A stretch of DNA of 24,646 nucleotides from Octopus sinensis (taxonomy: Eukaryota), in contig NW_021836382.1 of the NCBI RefSeq assembly GCF_006345805.1, positions 1 through 24,646 of the forward strand, in the 5' to 3' direction. Shown here piece after piece: positions 22,756 to 24,646 of this stretch. Position numbers and translations under genes: made by a program. The notes under the pieces were generated by a model. That model saw only the letters and a program-made list of their open reading frames with translations, made no database searches and had not been told where the DNA came from. Every line of letters begins with the position of its first letter. Positions within the stretch are counted from its first letter, which is position 1.

Positions 22756-22862
22756 CGTCGTCGTAGTAGTAGTAGTAGTAGTAGTAGTAGAAGTAGTAGT
22801 AGTTGTAGTAGTAGCAGCAGCAGCTTCAGTAGCAGCTGTCGCTGTTGCTGCTGCTGCTGCTG
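22697..22862. repeat. Compound trinucleotide (GTA)n-(GCA)n-(GCT)n
   Basis: Directly visible; source of poly-S/V/T/L ORFs. Confidence 0.95.
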
Positions 22863-23734
22863 CAGGCAAAAAAAATTGTGGTACCGATCCATTTATCTTC
22901 CAGCGCCCGTCTGTGATTAGATCTCAATTACGTAAAATTGTTTAGAATTCCAGAAATTACAAACCAAGATTTAAAGCATTGATATAAATCAACTATTGAA
23001 GTGCGGACGCTGCTGCCCTGATATATGAGGGTTAGGGGTTGGGTGCTATTGGTTTGACTGACTCGGTTAGTGTACTGGCATCTAAAACAGGAACGTCTGT
23101 TGATTTATTCCGAAAGGCCAGTGAGCTGCCATTCAGGGTGAAACCAGTCCTTATACAGAACACGATTAGAATTGCTGTATCAAAAAGATTTATTCGAAGA
23201 TTGAATACGTCACGGGGTCAGTGTTTTGGCCTTTTTCTGATCTGAACTGTGTCTTGTATTAGTATGCGATCGTTACTGAACTATTGGTATAGAATCTTGT
23301 ATATCTATTTCACCTTGCAATGAGGAAATGTAGAATAAAGTGTTCAGTTTTGTAAAAGAAAAAAAACATACTAGAATAAAATAAAAATAGAAATAAAGGA
23401 TCTGAGAGGAGTTTGAACTCACAATCTTGCTCTCTCGACCATTTCATGATAACACAAACTCGATTATATTGAGTTATCAGATAAATTCGTTCACTTTTTC
23501 TCTCATTTATCTTAATTCTTTCAAATGCAATTTAAATTAACACACAAAATGTAATCGGTGTGTTTTACGGTTTTCATAGCTCTAATCTTCCTCTGTAACT
23601 TTTGCGTATCGATTTTGAAATTCGAATTAATTTTACTTCTTTTCAGACATTTGATTATGTAGAAAAGAATAAACGAATTAATCTCTCTGACAAGCCAATA
23701 GATATGTCTTATATATAATATGATGTCGTCGCTG

Positions 23735-24633
23735 TCTTCTTCTTCCAGTCAGGACTCACGCCATTAGCCACAAAGAATAATCTCTAACTCGAGCCTACTC
23801 TAAGCTACTAAGAATGCGTGTTATTTCTTTATTGCCCACAAGGGGCTAAACATAGAGGGGGCAAACAAAGACAGACAAAGGGATTAAGTCGATTACATCG
23901 ACTCCAGTGCGTAACTGGTACTTAAATTAAGGACCCCGAAAGGATGAAAGGCAAAGTCGACCTCGGCGGAATTTGAACTCAGAACGTAACGGCAGACGAA
24001 ATAATTATGTCTTTACTGCCCACAAGAGGCTAAACACAGAGAGGACAAACAAGGACAGATAAACGGATGAAGTCGATTATATCGATCCCAGTGCGTAACT
24101 GGTACTTATTTGATCGACCCCGAAAGGGTGAAAGGCAAAATCGACCTCGGCGGAATTTGAACTCAGAACGTAACTGCAGACGAAATACCGCTAAGCATTT
24201 CGCCCGGCGTGCTTAACGTTTCTGCCAGCTCGCCGCCTTTAAGAATGCGTGTGGCAACTTGAAGATCCACCCACCACACGCGATAGACTGGCGGTTGCAC
24301 AAGCACGAAAGCTACATTGTCATCCTCATTCCGTAAACGGTGGCTTTTAACGGGTGGAGAGCTGAACCATCCTGGAGTACGAGGGTCTGAAAGTTTAACA
24401 CACCATAGTGGGTTACACCATGGTTCCTCTGCTTTGTGGCAGAAGTAAGAAGAAAGAATGAGAGAAAGTTGTGGTGAAAGCGTACAGCGGGGTTCACCAT
24501 CACCACCCGCCAGAGCCTCGTGGAGCTTAGGTGTTTTTGCTCAATAAACACTCACAATGCCCAGTCTCGGAATCGAAACCACGTTCTTACGACCGCGAGT
24601 GCGCTGCCCTAACCACTGGGCTATTGCGCCTCC
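23735..24633 (-). mobile_element. SINE C copy C2 (same head as C1, different tail ending (GAA)n), interrupted by B5
   Basis: Head ggaggcgcaatagcccagtggttag at 24633; the tail continues across the B5 insertion to ggaagaagaaga at ~23735. Confidence 0.75.
23822..24239 (-). mobile_element. SINE B copy B5 (two units, linker-terminated) with 13-bp TSD
   Basis: TAAGAATGCGTGT at 23809-23821 and 24240-24252. Confidence 0.93.
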
Positions 24634-24646
24634 ACTGTTGCTGCTG

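Noticed and set aside
22618-22945. Poly-Ser/Thr/Val/Leu ORFs (mucin-like appearance)
   Set aside because: Direct translations of the (GTA)n/(GCT)n tract in multiple frames.
23027-23043. Telomere-like or G-quadruplex-like gagggttaggggttggg
   Set aside because: Only one TTAGGG and three G-runs; too short.
23039-23245. 68-aa ORF in unique sequence
   Set aside because: Non-ATG start, no motif, and a length expected by chance.
23822-24239. Repeated units resembling a CRISPR or satellite array
   Set aside because: ~180-bp internal SINE B units with no unique spacers, in eukaryotic context.

Overview
Animal (eukaryotic) non-coding DNA: AT-rich and saturated with microsatellites and retroposons. 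The SINE families look like those I recall from octopus/cephalopod genomes; this is an inference, not a database result. I found no host gene, RNA gene or intact ORF, and most track ORFs are translated microsatellites or antisense frames of a LINE. Autonomous-element remnants: a decayed CR1-clade LINE 5' portion (1-~2931, minus; CCCH-finger ORF1, APE endonuclease, RT) and a CR1 3' portion (17248-18311, plus), an R4/Dong-type RLE LINE 3' fragment, and a Penelope-like GIY-YIG 3' fragment with inverted ends. Non-autonomous elements: a hAT MITE with TSD, about 20 copies or fragments of four tRNA-derived SINE families (labelled A-D here), and several decayed minimal hammerhead-like motifs. I cannot support a wholly new system. 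The best leads are (i) a SINE A-CR1 shared 3' motif with a covarying hairpin, (ii) hammerhead-bearing elements, one with a tRNA-like head, and (iii) the two CR1 pieces being complementary halves in opposite orientation.
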